Positions 21,893-34,189 of a stretch of DNA of 64,000 bases are shown here, piece after piece (position 1 is the first letter of the stretch; every line of letters begins with the position of its first letter). Where the stretch lies: assembly GCA_030390025.1 (NCBI GenBank), contig CM059432.1, forward strand, positions 138,448,001 to 138,512,000, given 5' to 3'. The notes under the pieces are model-generated. The model saw nothing but the letters and a program-made list of their open reading frames with translations. It had not been told where the DNA came from and searched no databases. This stretch comes from Squalus acanthias. Taxonomy: Eukaryota. The position numbers and the translations under genes are program-made.

Positions 21893-24179
21893 ATAATGTA
21901 AAGATTTTAAAATATTTTCACATCACGCTTCCAAAGGCAAGTAACGTTGCCCGTTTCTGTTGCATGAATCTGATCTGCTACAAGTTTATCGAGAATATTC
22001 TGGTCCGTAATTATTTTTAACAATGGGACGGTTAAAAAAAAAAATCACCTTCTCGGATAAGTTATCTCCGCTAGATGGATCACGCCACACATGTCAGCCA
22101 AGATGGCCGCCCCTCGAAGCTTGCTGTCACTTCACGTAGCAACCGGCCTGGCTCACCTAGACAGGTGACACTGCGGTGGAGAGCAAGATGGCTCCATTAT
22201 TGAGGGCACCGGAGATTGGGCTGACAAAGCCTGGGGCTCACAGCGAATCCAACTCACCACAGCACGCTTTTCAGCATCTATTCTCATCACTACTGGGCGA
22301 CAGGGTATGTAAAACTGAGAGCAAACTGGCATTAAAAGGGTGAGGGGGGGGGGGGGGGGGCGGTCGGTGCAAGCAACAACAAAAAGAAAAAAAATCTACA
22401 TTATATAAAAAAGGAAAAAATTCCCTGAGGTTTTCTTACATATAAATAAGGAGGAGAAAAAAAACCACAAGAGGAAAACGAAAGAAAAAATGTCACGTGA
22501 GAAACTAGCCCAAAAACAACACTGGATAACTTCGGAGTATATGAGAGCGCCACACAGAAACTGTACAATGAATATAAATATATATATATATATATAGATA
22601 TTTTTTTAAATTCACAGATCAACTAGGAACAAAACTGACAGAGAAAAGTATGTAAAAGAAACAGCTCCTCTCCAGTGCGCAACTTGTTAAATCAATAAGA
22701 ATATCTGTCAGAGATATCCCGCTACACCATTTGGCGGATGTCAACCCTAAATAAACCAGATCAGAAAACCAGCAAGAAGCAGAATGAAAATCAAATCGGA
22801 TGAGAACAGTCTAACTGTAATTCGCACTGTTTGCTTGCTGATTTTTTTGGTATGGGGAGGGGAGGGGGGGGAGGAGTGGGGGGGGGGCTGCGGGCGGGCT
22901 GTGGCAATCATTGCAGTCATTTGCAGTACTAATGTTCAATTCAGTCTCCTTTCACTCTACTGATTTAGGTGGTCAGGGTAGCTTCGTAGCAGACACGGTG
23001 AAGCTGTGCTGTTTAGCAGGCTGTTTAATAGGAAACTGGCAGTCTTATTTCTTCCCCAGATTTGGTTTGTCACTGGGTCTCCATTACTTGCCACTCAGCT
23101 TTGATATCTTTGGACAGGACTGATCAAAAGATGTCATTTGACCTACGCAGCGCGGCAGAAACTTGGAGAAGTCTCATAAAGGGACACTCCGGCTGTAAAT
23201 AAAATGACATTATTATTTCCTCTGTCCTATCATGTAGAAAAGCCAATTATGGTAATGCGCTGTGTGTCAATGAAAATACAGCAATCTTTTTCGGACCAGC
23301 TAATGCAGGCGTCAATGGTGCAACTCTCTGTGCTGCGGAAATGTGCCCACTGCTAACAGGAGAGGAACAGCGTGATAGATGTCTCAACAACCTACTAATA
23401 AAATCCAAGATGGTCATAAAAAAAAAAACTGCAAGTCTGCAAAACAATTCCAACTGCAAAATGCAAACTGTTAAGTTTTCAAATTATCTTGTAATTTAAT
23501 CTCAAATGATTTATAATCCATCACCCAGAGTCTGCATTACATCCTTTCATTGCTCACTGTATGACTGACAGAAAAAAAAAGACAATTTATTACATTAATA
23601 AAAGCAGATGTCCAGCAGGCCCCAAACTGTGTGCAAACTGAGGGGCGAAGATCTGTAAACAATACACATCTCAACTTGACAGAACCTAACAGACTTTTTC
23701 TTTCTTTTTTTTTTCCAAAAGTGTGGATTTGATCATTATGTGGAAATATGATTTGATGTGCTCTTATTTTGCTGATGGGAAAGATGCCTGTAAGCTACCT
23801 GCAGATGCTGTGCACTGTATTCCACTTCAATGCCTTTGTAGAAATAACACCCTCATTCGTGTCTTTAAAAGAGATTTTAATGAGGGAGAATAAATGAAAA
23901 CTGCCTAAAACATGGCTGGAATTTAAAAACATTTCCCAACAGTCTGGAATATTTATGTATTCATAAAACCCATAACATTTTCATTTCAGCAAATTAAACA
24001 CTTTTGAATGGATTGTTCCATCGAATTTAAAATGATTTTTTTTTAAACTTAAAATCTAGATGCTTTATTTTATTTGATTTTTCTTTTACAAAGAACAAAC
24101 TGTTTAGGCCTTAATGGTATTGGACGGTACGACAATAACATTATTTTTTTGTTTGTAATTCTGGCGTTCTCCTGCAGCA

Positions 24180-24614
24180 GGACGTCCCAAAACGCTTCAT
24201 AGTCAATGAAAGACTTTTTGAAGTGTAGTCACTGTTGTAATGTAGGAAACGCGGCAGCCAATTTGCTCGCAGCAAGCTCCCACAACCAGCAATGTGATAA
24301 TGACCAGATCATCTGTATTGTGTAGTGATGTTGGTTGAGGGATAAATATTGGCCAGAAACCCCCCCCCCCCCACCACCCCGGCCTTGCTCTTCTTCGAAT
24401 AGTGCCGTGGGATCTTTTGCGTCCACCTGAGAGGGAAGACGGGGCCTCGGTTAAACGTCTCATCTGAAAGACGGCACCTCTGACAGTGCGGCGCTCCCTC
24501 AGTACTGCACTGGAGTGTCAGCCTAGGTTTTGCGCTCAAGTCTCTGGAGTGGGACTTGAAACCACAACCTTCTGACTCAGAGGCGAGAGTGAGGGTGCTA
24601 CCCACGGCTGACAC
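24180..24614 (-). mobile_element. SacSINE1-like Deu-SINE
   Basis: Homology to 5028-5495. Confidence 0.88.
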
Positions 24615-24827
24615 CTACATTTTACCGAGCAGCTACTGACACTACTAAAATTCATCCTTCAAACCAATCTACTTTTCAAACATTTTTTTTTTAATTTAAG
24701 CCAATTTAACCAGGGTCTCCTTCTCTAAGATGTGAATTTGAATCCAGCTGTGACTGATGGGATAAAGTCTCTCTTCCCTCATGATTGGAAGGGTGAATTT
24801 TTTTGTGGGGCTTCTGGTTGGTAAACC

Positions 24828-25178
24828 CTATCTCTCTAACCTCCTCCGGTCCGACAACCTTCTGCGATCTCTGCGCTCCTCCAATTCTGGCCTCTTGGCC
24901 AAACCCGATTTCCTTCGCCCCACCATTGGCGGTCGTGCTTTCAGCTGCCTAGGCCCTAAGCTCCAGAATACCCTCCCTAAACCTCTCCGCCTCTCTCTCT
25001 CTCTCCTCCCTTAAGACGCTTTTTAAAACCTACCTCTTTGACCAAGCTTTTGGTCACCTGTCCCTAATATCTCCTTATGTGGATTAGTGTCAAGTTTTGT
25101 CTGATGACGCTCCTGTGAAGCAGCTTGGGATGTTTTCCTATGTTAAAAGCAAAATATAAATGCAAGTTGTTGTTGTTG
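24828..25178 (+). mobile_element. L2 LINE 3' end
   Basis: LRSSNSGLL...GGRAFSCLGPKL; (GTT)n tail. Confidence 0.85.
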
Positions 25179-25592
25179 AGAAGCTCCAGTTGTTCTTAGC
25201 GAACTGTGGAAAATATACCTCCAAATTGTTCATTTCATTTCATTTGGACAGTTCCAAGTGAGGGCTGCAAAATCAAACACCGGTGCAGTAGGGGTGCCCT
25301 TTAAAAGTTTGAGTAAAGATGCATCGTAACAGCTTCACAATGCAGCTCGTCTATGTTATACCTAGCCTGGAAACGCTCGTTTCTAACTTGGGACATAAGA
25401 GAGGAAAAGTTTTGACTTTCTAGAACTGATAGCCCTCACTTTGACATCTATAAATTCACCTCAGACTTTAAAAAAAAAATTACATTCTTATAAATCTCGC
25501 AATTAACAGGGACCTTGGCTAAGACCAATAGTTCGCTACATAGGTTGCATAGCAACAAGCACCAAGATTTTTTTCAACATAATATAGATTTG

Positions 25593-25624
<32 letters not shown>

Positions 25625-25749
25625 GATGTTAAAAAAGCCAAATAGAATGTGGCTCACCTCTTACATTGTAATCCAGCTGAGGGAATTTAGAACAGGCATC
25701 GAGAAGATCACCTCCATGTAGGAGTACTTCAACACCATTATTACATCGA

Positions 25750-26075
25750 ATGTACAGCACAGGAACAGGCCATTCAATCCAACAGGTCCAGGCCGGTGTC
25801 TATGCTCCACATGAGCCTCCGCCCACCCCTCTTCATCTAACCCCATCAACATATCCTTCTATTCCTTTCTCCCTCATGTGTTTATCTAGCTTCCCCTTAA
25901 ATGCATCTATGCTATTCGCCTCAACTACTCCTTGTGGTAGCGAGTTCCACGTTCTCACCACTCTCTGGGTTAGGAAGTTTCTCCTGAATTCCCGATTGGA
26001 TTTATTAGTGACTATCTTATATTTATGGCCCCTAGTTTTGGACTCTTCCCCTACAAGTGGAAACATCTTCTCTAC
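25750..26075 (-). mobile_element. CR1 LINE 3' fragment
   Basis: TRGHKYKI...QRVVRTWNSLP. Confidence 0.85.
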
Positions 26076-26596
26076 ATCAATACCCTATCACACAAAGAGG
26101 CGATGACACCGTTATGGTCAGATGCCACAAAGCAGTGCAGTAAATGGATGTTTGATTTGATCTCTTTTAAGCGACAGTCGGATTTCCTCTGCACAAGACT
26201 AAAATCAAACTGCTAAACGTGATGCAAATCCAGGATGCAAAAGCTAGGCCACATTTTTTTTCTTCATCTATCAACCGCATATTCTGTCCTCTCCATGGCA
26301 TCTTTACACGGGTGCGAAGGAGCTGAAATCAATCCCATGCTAATTTGCAGCTGCAGTGTGAGTGAGGCTTTAAGACTGTAGTTCAAACAGCGATGTGACG
26401 TTTCCTTTAACAAATTTAATCAGGAAGGATTTTTCTTAATACGTCCAATTAACTAGAAACGCCATTAAAGAATGCAGTCAGCAGTGGGGAGTTTTTTTTT
26501 TTGTGCGAGCTTGTTATAATGTCCCCACATATCCTGATGCCCAATTTGAGACAAATCAAATCCCTTAAGATTTAATTGCGAGCTAGAATTTAGAAA

Positions 26597-26775
26597 GGGG
26601 GTCATTTGCCCACTCTGCCTGGTGGGGAGTCTGGGCTGGTGCTGTGCCTGATTTCCTGACTGCGCGAATGAACTGCTGGAAAACTGTGCACCGTGTGCGT
26701 GCGGCTGAATTTCCGCTAAGTGCGTCTGGTAGGCGAGGCTCCCCATCGGCAGCGTGGAGTCGGAAAGTTACCCCC
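26597..26775. mobile_element. Short Harbinger-like MITE
   Basis: GGGGGTCATTT ... AAAGTTACCCCC imperfect termini. Confidence 0.4.
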
Positions 26776-26879
26776 TTTAAGGTTTATTTGGGTCTGTTAC
26801 TGGCGGAACCTGTGAGTGGGGATCAGCACCATTTATTAAAACAAAATGCAGGTTTCAGAATTTCTGTCTCCAATACAAA

Positions 26880-27270
26880 AAGGAAAGACTTGCATGTATA
26901 TAGTGCCTTTCATGACCTAAGGACGTCGCAAAGTGTCTTACAACCAATTAGGTACTATTTGAAGTGTAGTCACTGTTACAATGTAGGAAACGCGGCAGCC
27001 AATTTGCGCACAGCAAGGTCCCAAAAACAGCAATGAGATAATGGCCAGATCATCTCTTTTTGGATGATGGTTGAGGGATAAATATTGGCCAGGACACCGG
27101 GGAGAACTCCCCCTGCTCTTCTTCGAAGTAGTGCCGTGGGATCATTTACATCCACCTGAGAGAACAGACGGGGGCCTCGGTTTAACGACTCATCCAAAAG
27201 ACGGCGCCTCCGACAGTGCAGCACTCCCTCGGCACGGCACTGGGAGTGTCGGCCCAGATTTTGCGCTCAA
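26880..27270 (-). mobile_element. SacSINE1-like Deu-SINE
   Basis: Homology to other copies. Confidence 0.85.
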
Positions 27271-27819
27271 GTACCGGCTGCTTTCTCCCCTCCATAACCA
27301 ACTCAGGGCACCGAGGTGACCTGCACGACTCCTACTGCCGCTCAACGAGGGAATCGCTTTCAAACGTCGATTTCCCGCCAATCTATAACTTCAGACCTCT
27401 GGTTCAGGGCAAACTGGAATCTCGCTAAACATTTCAACCACCGTGTTATGAATAATTAATTTTTCACTAAAGATCTGAGCAGAAAACATTGGCACAGGCA
27501 ACACGGTGGTAGAATATTTGAGTTTCATTCTGCTCCAAGAATGCCTTTTAAGTTTACTGCAAGCTGTTGAATTTATACATCTTCCAAAAAAAAAATGAAC
27601 ATAACTATTCAGCCCGTGTTAAAGCTCAGATTCCAACAGTAAATCGGCACACTTCGGTGGCACGCTGTTGCTGAATGAAAAAAAAAATCATCCAATGCAT
27701 TAAAAAATCAGGTCTGAAATCTTGACAGTTCCCAACTGGTGCATGCTGGCCAGTTAATCCAATCTGGCAGTTTGGGTGGATCAATAGGGCACCTAAACGA
27801 GTTCTGCTGTAAGCACTGC

Positions 27820-28120
27820 TCCCAGATCTCAGCGCTCCTCCAATTCTGACTTCTTGCGCATTCCTGATTTCCTTCGCCCCCACCGTCAGCGGCCGTGCCT
27901 TCAGCTGCCTGGGCCCCTAAGCTCTGGAATTCCCTCCCCGAACCTCTCCGCCTCTCTCTCCTCCTTTAAGACGCTCCTTAAAACCTACCTCTTTGACCAA
28001 GCTTTTGGTCGCCTGTCCTAATATGTGGATCGGTGCCAAATTTTTGTCCGATTACACTCCTGTCAAGCGCATTGAGACGTTTTACTGCGTTAAAGGCGCT
28101 ATTTAAATGCACGTTGTTGA
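27820..28120 (+). mobile_element. L2 LINE 3' end
   Basis: Homology to 18297-18806. Confidence 0.82.
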
Positions 28121-28369
28121 TGCTCATGTTTCAACGATGGACAAGCAACTCCGAGATGAAGCAAAAATGGAAACTGGGCCTGATTTGGAGAGGGTGGAAA
28201 AAAATCGGCAACAGAAACCTAGATTTTGCACCTCCCCTCCCATCTTTTCCTAGAAATGTAGCACTAACTTCAAAGCACCCGTGGATCTTTTAGAGCTTCT
28301 CTGGGTCCAAGAAACAGTAATCAATCTTAAATCCCGTCGTGACACGAGAGTATGAGAAGTGGGCCAGGT

Positions 28370-28648
28370 AACCAGAGGTCATAGATTTAAAATAATTGGC
28401 TAGAGGGGAAATGAGGATGAAATTTCTTCACACAGAGGGTTGTTAAGATCTGGAACGCACTACCTGAAAGGGTGGTGGCATCAGATTCCACAGGAACTTT
28501 CAAAAGGCAATTGAAGAGGACTAATTTGCAGGGTTATAGGGAAAAAGTTGGGGTCTGGGACTAAATTGGACAGCTCTTTCAAAGAGCCGGCACAGGCATG
28601 ACGGGCCGAATGGCCTCCTTCTGTGCTGTAAATTTCTATGATTCTATG
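28370..28648 (+). mobile_element. CR1 LINE 3' fragment
   Basis: TRGHRFKII...WNALPE; attctatg tail. Confidence 0.82.
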
Positions 28649-28867
28649 ACACGTATGATGCAAGTGTGATACACGCACGATATCACGTGACCATCAAAGA
28701 GTGTGCACATAAACACTGCAATGTGGAACTCACTACCAGTGGTCTTTCAAAGTAACTCTTTGCAAATGTTGCTAAAAAGTGGGGAACATGAAGTGAGGTA
28801 GAATTTTTTTTAATATACTGTTCTATGTCACAGCAACAACACGACATAAAGATGTGCACCAACCACG

Positions 28868-29282
28868 GTGTCAACTGTGGCTCAGTTGGTAGCACTCTCG
28901 CCTCTATGTCAGAAGGTTTAAGGTTCAAGTTCCAACTCCAGAGACTTGAGAACAAACATCTAGGCTGACACTGCAGTGCCGCACTGCCTAACGTTCAGAT
29001 GAGACATTAATCTGAGCCTCTTTCTGCTCTCTAAGGTGGATGTAAAAGTTCCCATGGCACTATTTTGAAGAAGAGCAGGGGAGTTCTCAATCAACATCAC
29101 TAAAAAAACAGATTATCTGGTCATTATCACATTGCTGTTTGTGGGACCTTGCTGTGAGCAAATTGGCTGCCGCGTTTCCTACATTACAACAGTGACTACA
29201 CATTAAAAAGTACTTCATTGGCTGTAAAGTGCTTTGGGATGTCCTGAGGTCGATAAAGGCACTATATAAATGCAAGTCTTTT
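28868..29282 (+). mobile_element. SacSINE1-like Deu-SINE (internal deletions)
   Basis: Head, Deu domain and tail present. Confidence 0.85.
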
Positions 29283-29322
29283 TTTAAAATGCTGTGGCTA
29301 CTAGGCTACTTGATAGTCAGCA

Positions 29323-29891
29323 GCAGGTGACTCACCTCCTGACTCTCCAAAGCCTTTCCACCATCTACAAGGCACAAGTCAGGAATGTGATGGAATACTC
29401 TCCACTTGCCTGGATGAGTGCAGCTCCAACAACACTCAAGAAGCTCGACACCATCCAGGACAAAGCAGCCCGCTTGATCGGCACCCCATCCACCACCTTA
29501 AACATTCACTCCCTCCACCACTGGCGTACCGTGGCTGCAGTGTGTACCATCTACAAGATGCACTGCAGCAACTCGCCAAGGCTTCTTCGACAGCACCTCC
29601 CAAACCCGCTAGAAGGACAAGGGCAGCAGGTGCATGAGAACACCACCACCTCCAAGTTCCCCTCCAAGTCACACACCATCCTGACTTGGAAATATATCAC
29701 CGTTCCTTCATCGTCGCTGGGTCAAAATCCTGGAACTCCCTCCCTAACAGCACTGTGGGAGTACCTTCACCACACGGACTGCAGCGGTTCAAGAAGGCGG
29801 CTCACCACCACCTTCTCAAGGGCAATTCGGGATGGGCAATAGGTGCTGGCATTGCCAGCGACGCCCACATCCCATAAATGAATAAAAAAAA
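29323..29891 (+). mobile_element. Non-LTR retrotransposon 3' end (second CR1/L2-clade family)
   Basis: SLSTIYKAQVRNVMEYSPLAW...IQDKAARLI post-RT motif; WNSLP; A-rich tail. Confidence 0.8.
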
Positions 29892-30348
29892 CAAGTGGGG
29901 CAGACCAGCTCACTCACAAGTGACAAAACTACAAGTACTTTATAGTCAGCCTCGTGAGTAAAAATATGGCTGGTTTTGGCATATTCTATTTATAACACTT
30001 GCAGTGTGCATTCAACTGAGAAAAAATAGTATTTTTAGTACTTTTGTAACCTGTTACAGGTCAGTTGAACTGGTTTGCAATGTGACCTTTGTTCCAATAT
30101 CACACCAATTGAATTCTGAGATATTTTTACCTCGACTTGGAAGTTTTTTACATGACTATTATAAACGATATTGATATTGATAACAACCAGCTTAAGTATA
30201 AAGCTGACAACTGCCAGCTGGAAAGATTTTGAAAAGTATTATTTCTGCATTTCATCCATTTGCCAACAAGATCTTTCTCAACTTTTGCCGAAAAAAGATA
30301 AATAAATAAATCGCACAAAAACTCTTAACTGCCCATTAAAGGGAAGCA

Positions 30349-30570
30349 AGAGCAAAATACCGCGGACGCTGGAAATCTGAAATAAAAGCAGAAAAATGCT
30401 GGAAACACTCAGCGGATCAGGTGGCATCTGTGGAGAGAGAGAAACAGGGTTAACGTTTCAGGTCGATGACCTTTCGTCGGGACCTTTCATCATCTGTTCT
30501 GACGAAAGGTCACCGACCTGAAACGTTAACCCTGTTTCTCTCTCCACAGATGCCAGCATTTTCTGTTTTC
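30349..30570. mobile_element. Penelope-like fold-back element with hammerhead motif
   Basis: Inverted arms 30423-30478 / 30501-30554. Confidence 0.7.
30496..30530 (+). ncRNA. Minimal type I hammerhead ribozyme motif
   Basis: GTT-CTGACGA-A-AGGTC-ACC-GACCT-GAAA-CG-TT-AAC. Confidence 0.58.
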
Positions 30571-30604
30571 ACGAAAGGAAAGCAAACCCTGGGTGAAATG
30601 AGTT

Positions 30605-30825
30605 AAAATTGAGAGGTCGCACAACACCAGGTTATAGTCCAACAGTTTTATTTGAAATCACAAGCTTCCGGAGCTATCGATTGCTCCTTCCTCAGGTCAG
30701 GAAGAAGGAGCAATCGATAGCTCCGAAAGCTTGTGATTTCAAATAAAACTGTTGGACTATAACCTGGTGTTGTGCGACCTCTCAATTTTGTCCACCCCAG
30801 TCCAACACCGGCATCTCCGCATCAT
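30605..30825. mobile_element. Second Penelope-like fold-back element (86-bp inverted repeat)
   Basis: 30605-30690 versus 30704-30789 with one mismatch; degenerate hammerhead cores; tail gtccaccccagtccaacaccggcatctcc. Confidence 0.75.
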
Positions 30826-30834
30826 GAAATGAGT

Positions 30835-31000
30835 TACACAGGAAACAGGCCATTCAGCTCAACTGGCCCAACATGCTCCAGACGGGCCTCCTCCCACTCC
30901 TCTTCATCTCACCCTATCAGCATAGCCTTCCATTCCTTTCTCCCTCATGTTCCTATCTAGCTTCCCCTTACATGCGTCTCTGCTCGTCGCCTCACCTACT
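30835..31000 (-). mobile_element. CR1 3' tail
   Basis: Homology to 6740-6920. Confidence 0.7.
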
Positions 31001-31646
31001 TTGTGTTTTGCCGAAGTTCTGCTGTGTGGTTTTAAACATTTTCCCAGTACTGTCGAAAAACTAAATGGAGCTGTAGAAAGTATGGAAACATTGCAGGCGA
31101 GGTGCTATTTTGCTATGTAACAAATAAATACTGTCTGTTGCATAAGCTTGTTATTATTCACAGTTAATTTACACTGGAATAAAACACCACCCGTCCTGAT
31201 TTATGCACAGTACTGAGTTACAGTGCTCGCGTGTGTTGAGACAGGTCTGACCCAGTTCAGCAGTGAAGAAGCTCTCCCTGTGCAGAACAAATGTTTAAAG
31301 GTATCATTTTTCTGCATACGCAGAAACCTCTGATATCCGGGAGCTCTGCGATTAGAAATGTGCCATATATGGAAAGTTTGGCAAATCTGCAAAATGGTTG
31401 GCAATCGTTCCGGTTTTTCCTGCATTGTCAAATTAATGCCACACAATCAGCTGCACATTGCCTTCTGCAACACCGTTTAACCTTGGTTTAAAACAGTGCC
31501 TAAAAGGTGTTCTGACTGCCTCCCGAAAAACGCAATAGATCTAATCAGTGATTTGTGATCAGCTTTGTATAAAGGCAGAGATTAAGCCACACGCCTAACG
31601 CTGATAATATTAAAAAGCTACAGAACAAATCTATCAGATTCTACTT

Positions 31647-32075
31647 TGGCTCAGTGGGTAGCACTCTCGTCTTCTGAGTCAGAAGGTCATGGGTTCAAGA
31701 CCCACTCCAGAGACTTGAGCACATACCCGAGGCTCAGTCTCGCTGAGTGAGTGCTACGCTGTCGGAGGTGCCGTCTTTCAGATGAGACGGTGAACCAAGG
31801 CCACTTCTGCCCTCGTCGGTGGACGTAAAAGATCCCACAGCCACTATTTCAAAACAGAGCAGGGAGGAGTTCTCCCCCGTGTCCTGGCCAATATTTACCC
31901 CTCAAGCAACATCACCTAAAACAGATGATCTGGCCATTTATCTCATTGCTGTTTGTGGGAGCTTGCGGTGTGTGAATTGGCTGCCGCGTTTCCTACATTG
32001 CGACAGCGACTACACTTCGGAAGTACTTCAATGGCTGTAAAGCGCTGTGGGACATCCTGAGGTTGTGAAAGGTGA
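31647..32075 (+). mobile_element. SacSINE1-like Deu-SINE
   Basis: Head, Deu domain, tail. Confidence 0.85.
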
Positions 32076-33080
32076 TATTTTCTTTTAACATTAAGGAGAA
32101 AGAATTCTGAACAATGACTTAACAGCATTTCTGTGAGTGTTGGTAACGAAACCTGACACCGCGTTGAATGCACCACTCAAATTCAGTGTCACTGCAGCAG
32201 ATGTTGAGAAAGTTTCCAGACTGATGTTATTTACTATAAATATAATAATGCATCTTGTGAGCTGCTTGCATAAAAAAAATCTAATCTAATCTGTGATAAC
32301 TGACAGATTTTGGGCTGCTCACTAGAATCGGCAGAATTGCATACGTTCTCAATTCCAGACTCCAATCTACAGCAAAAATCTAATAATCAGAAGCTGATGC
32401 TTCCAGTTAAAACAAACTCAAGTTTAATTATTTGGTACAAATGGTCTTCCTTTTCGTGGTCCTTAAAAAGAGGGGCAATCCTTAATGTAGCACTGGTCCA
32501 CCAAATAATAAGGTACAATATATAAAAAACAAAATCCATCATTATCCCACCAGAGATGCTACTTCGAAGGTGGGCAGAGTGAGCAGTCTGTTCTGCTGTG
32601 TGTTGCTGCCCAGTTTCAATCTGACCACAGTTTCACCGAAGTTGGCTTGAGAACTAATAGGCACCTTGAGGGTGAAATTGGTCATCCGCGGGAGTGCTAA
32701 ATGGGCAATGACAAGCAGATAGCCCGTTTCACACCCTGCTCCGACTTTCTTTTCCATTGATCCGCTATCCCCTGTATTGTGCTATTGCCAAATAGCAATT
32801 TCACACCCTTTAATTCTATCAAAAATATAATAAATACCCACAGGAGGAATTGGGTGTGGTGGGGGGGGGGGGGGCGGGGGTGCGTAGATTACAGTTACAC
32901 TTCACTAAAAATAAACGGCTTGTTGCTCTGCCATCTTGTGGATCTGTGTTAGAATCTTGGTCAGATTGATGGGTTGGTTATTTTCAAAACACATATTTAT
33001 GATTTTGCTGAAAATATCAACCATAAGAAATCTTCACAACTGCACTTACAGTGTTGTTATTCTCATTCCTGTTTTCAAAT

Positions 33081-33522
33081 TGGCTCAGTGGGTAGCACCC
33101 TTGCCTCTGAGTCAGAAGGGTGTGGGTTCTAAGTCCCACTCCAGAGACTTGAGCACAAAAATCTAGGCTGACACTCCAGTGCAGTACTGAGGGAGCGCTG
33201 CACTGTCGGAGGTGCCGTCTTTCGGATGAGATGTTAAACCGAGGCCCCGTCTGCTCTCTCAGGTGGACGTAAAAGATCCCATGGCATTAATTCGAAGAAG
33301 AGCAGGGGAGTTCTCCCCGGTGTCCTGGCCAATATTTATCCCTCAATCACTAAAACAAATTATCTGGTCACTATCATATTGTTGCTTGTGGGAGCTTGCT
33401 GTGTGCAAATTGGCTGCCACATTACAACAGTGACTACACTTCAAAAAGTACTTCATTGGCTGTAAATTGCTTTGGGGCATTCAGTGGTCATGAAGGGTGC
33501 TGTATAAATGCAAGTCTTTCTT
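33081..33522 (+). mobile_element. SacSINE1-like Deu-SINE
   Basis: Near-complete copy. Confidence 0.88.
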
Positions 33523-33892
33523 TCAAATCCCTCCATGGCCTCATCCCCTCCCCATCTCGGTAACCTCCTCCAGCCCTAAACCCTCCAAGATCTCTGCGCG
33601 CCTCCAATTCTGGCTTCTTGAGCATCCCCAATTTCCTTCGCTCCACCATTGGCGGCCGTGCCCTCAGCTGCCTAGGCCCCAAGCTCTGTAATTCCCTCCC
33701 TAAACCTCTCCGCCTCTCCTCCTTTAAGATGCTCCTTAAAACCTACCTCTTTGACCAAGCTTTTGGTCACTTGTCCTAATATCTCATTATGTGGCTCAGA
33801 GTCAAATTTAATCGATAACGCTCCCGTGAAGCGCCTTGGGATGTTTTACTACATTAAAAGGTGCGATATAAATGCAAGTTCTTATTGTTGTC
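33523..33892 (+). mobile_element. L2 LINE 3' end abutting the SINE tail
   Basis: FKSLHGL... through the tail. Confidence 0.85.
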
Positions 33893-34189
33893 ATAGATTC
33901 TAAGTGAAATGAGCTTAAGCACTCTCAACCCAGATCCTAGCGGGCACGAGATCAGAGTGCAGAACTGTCCATAACTTAGTAATAACTGGCAATCTTGCTC
34001 AGAGAAGCAACAAGGTGGCTGGTGTGGGAACTGGAAAATTTCGTACTGGTACAGCAACTGAAGTTGAACCTGAGACACAAAGGCAGTAGAACTTTGCTCG
34101 CTAGGTGTAACAACACTAAGTGTTGTTGTGAAGATTTTTTATGGTTGATATTTTCAGCAACATTGTAAATAAGTTTTTCTGTAAGGCTT

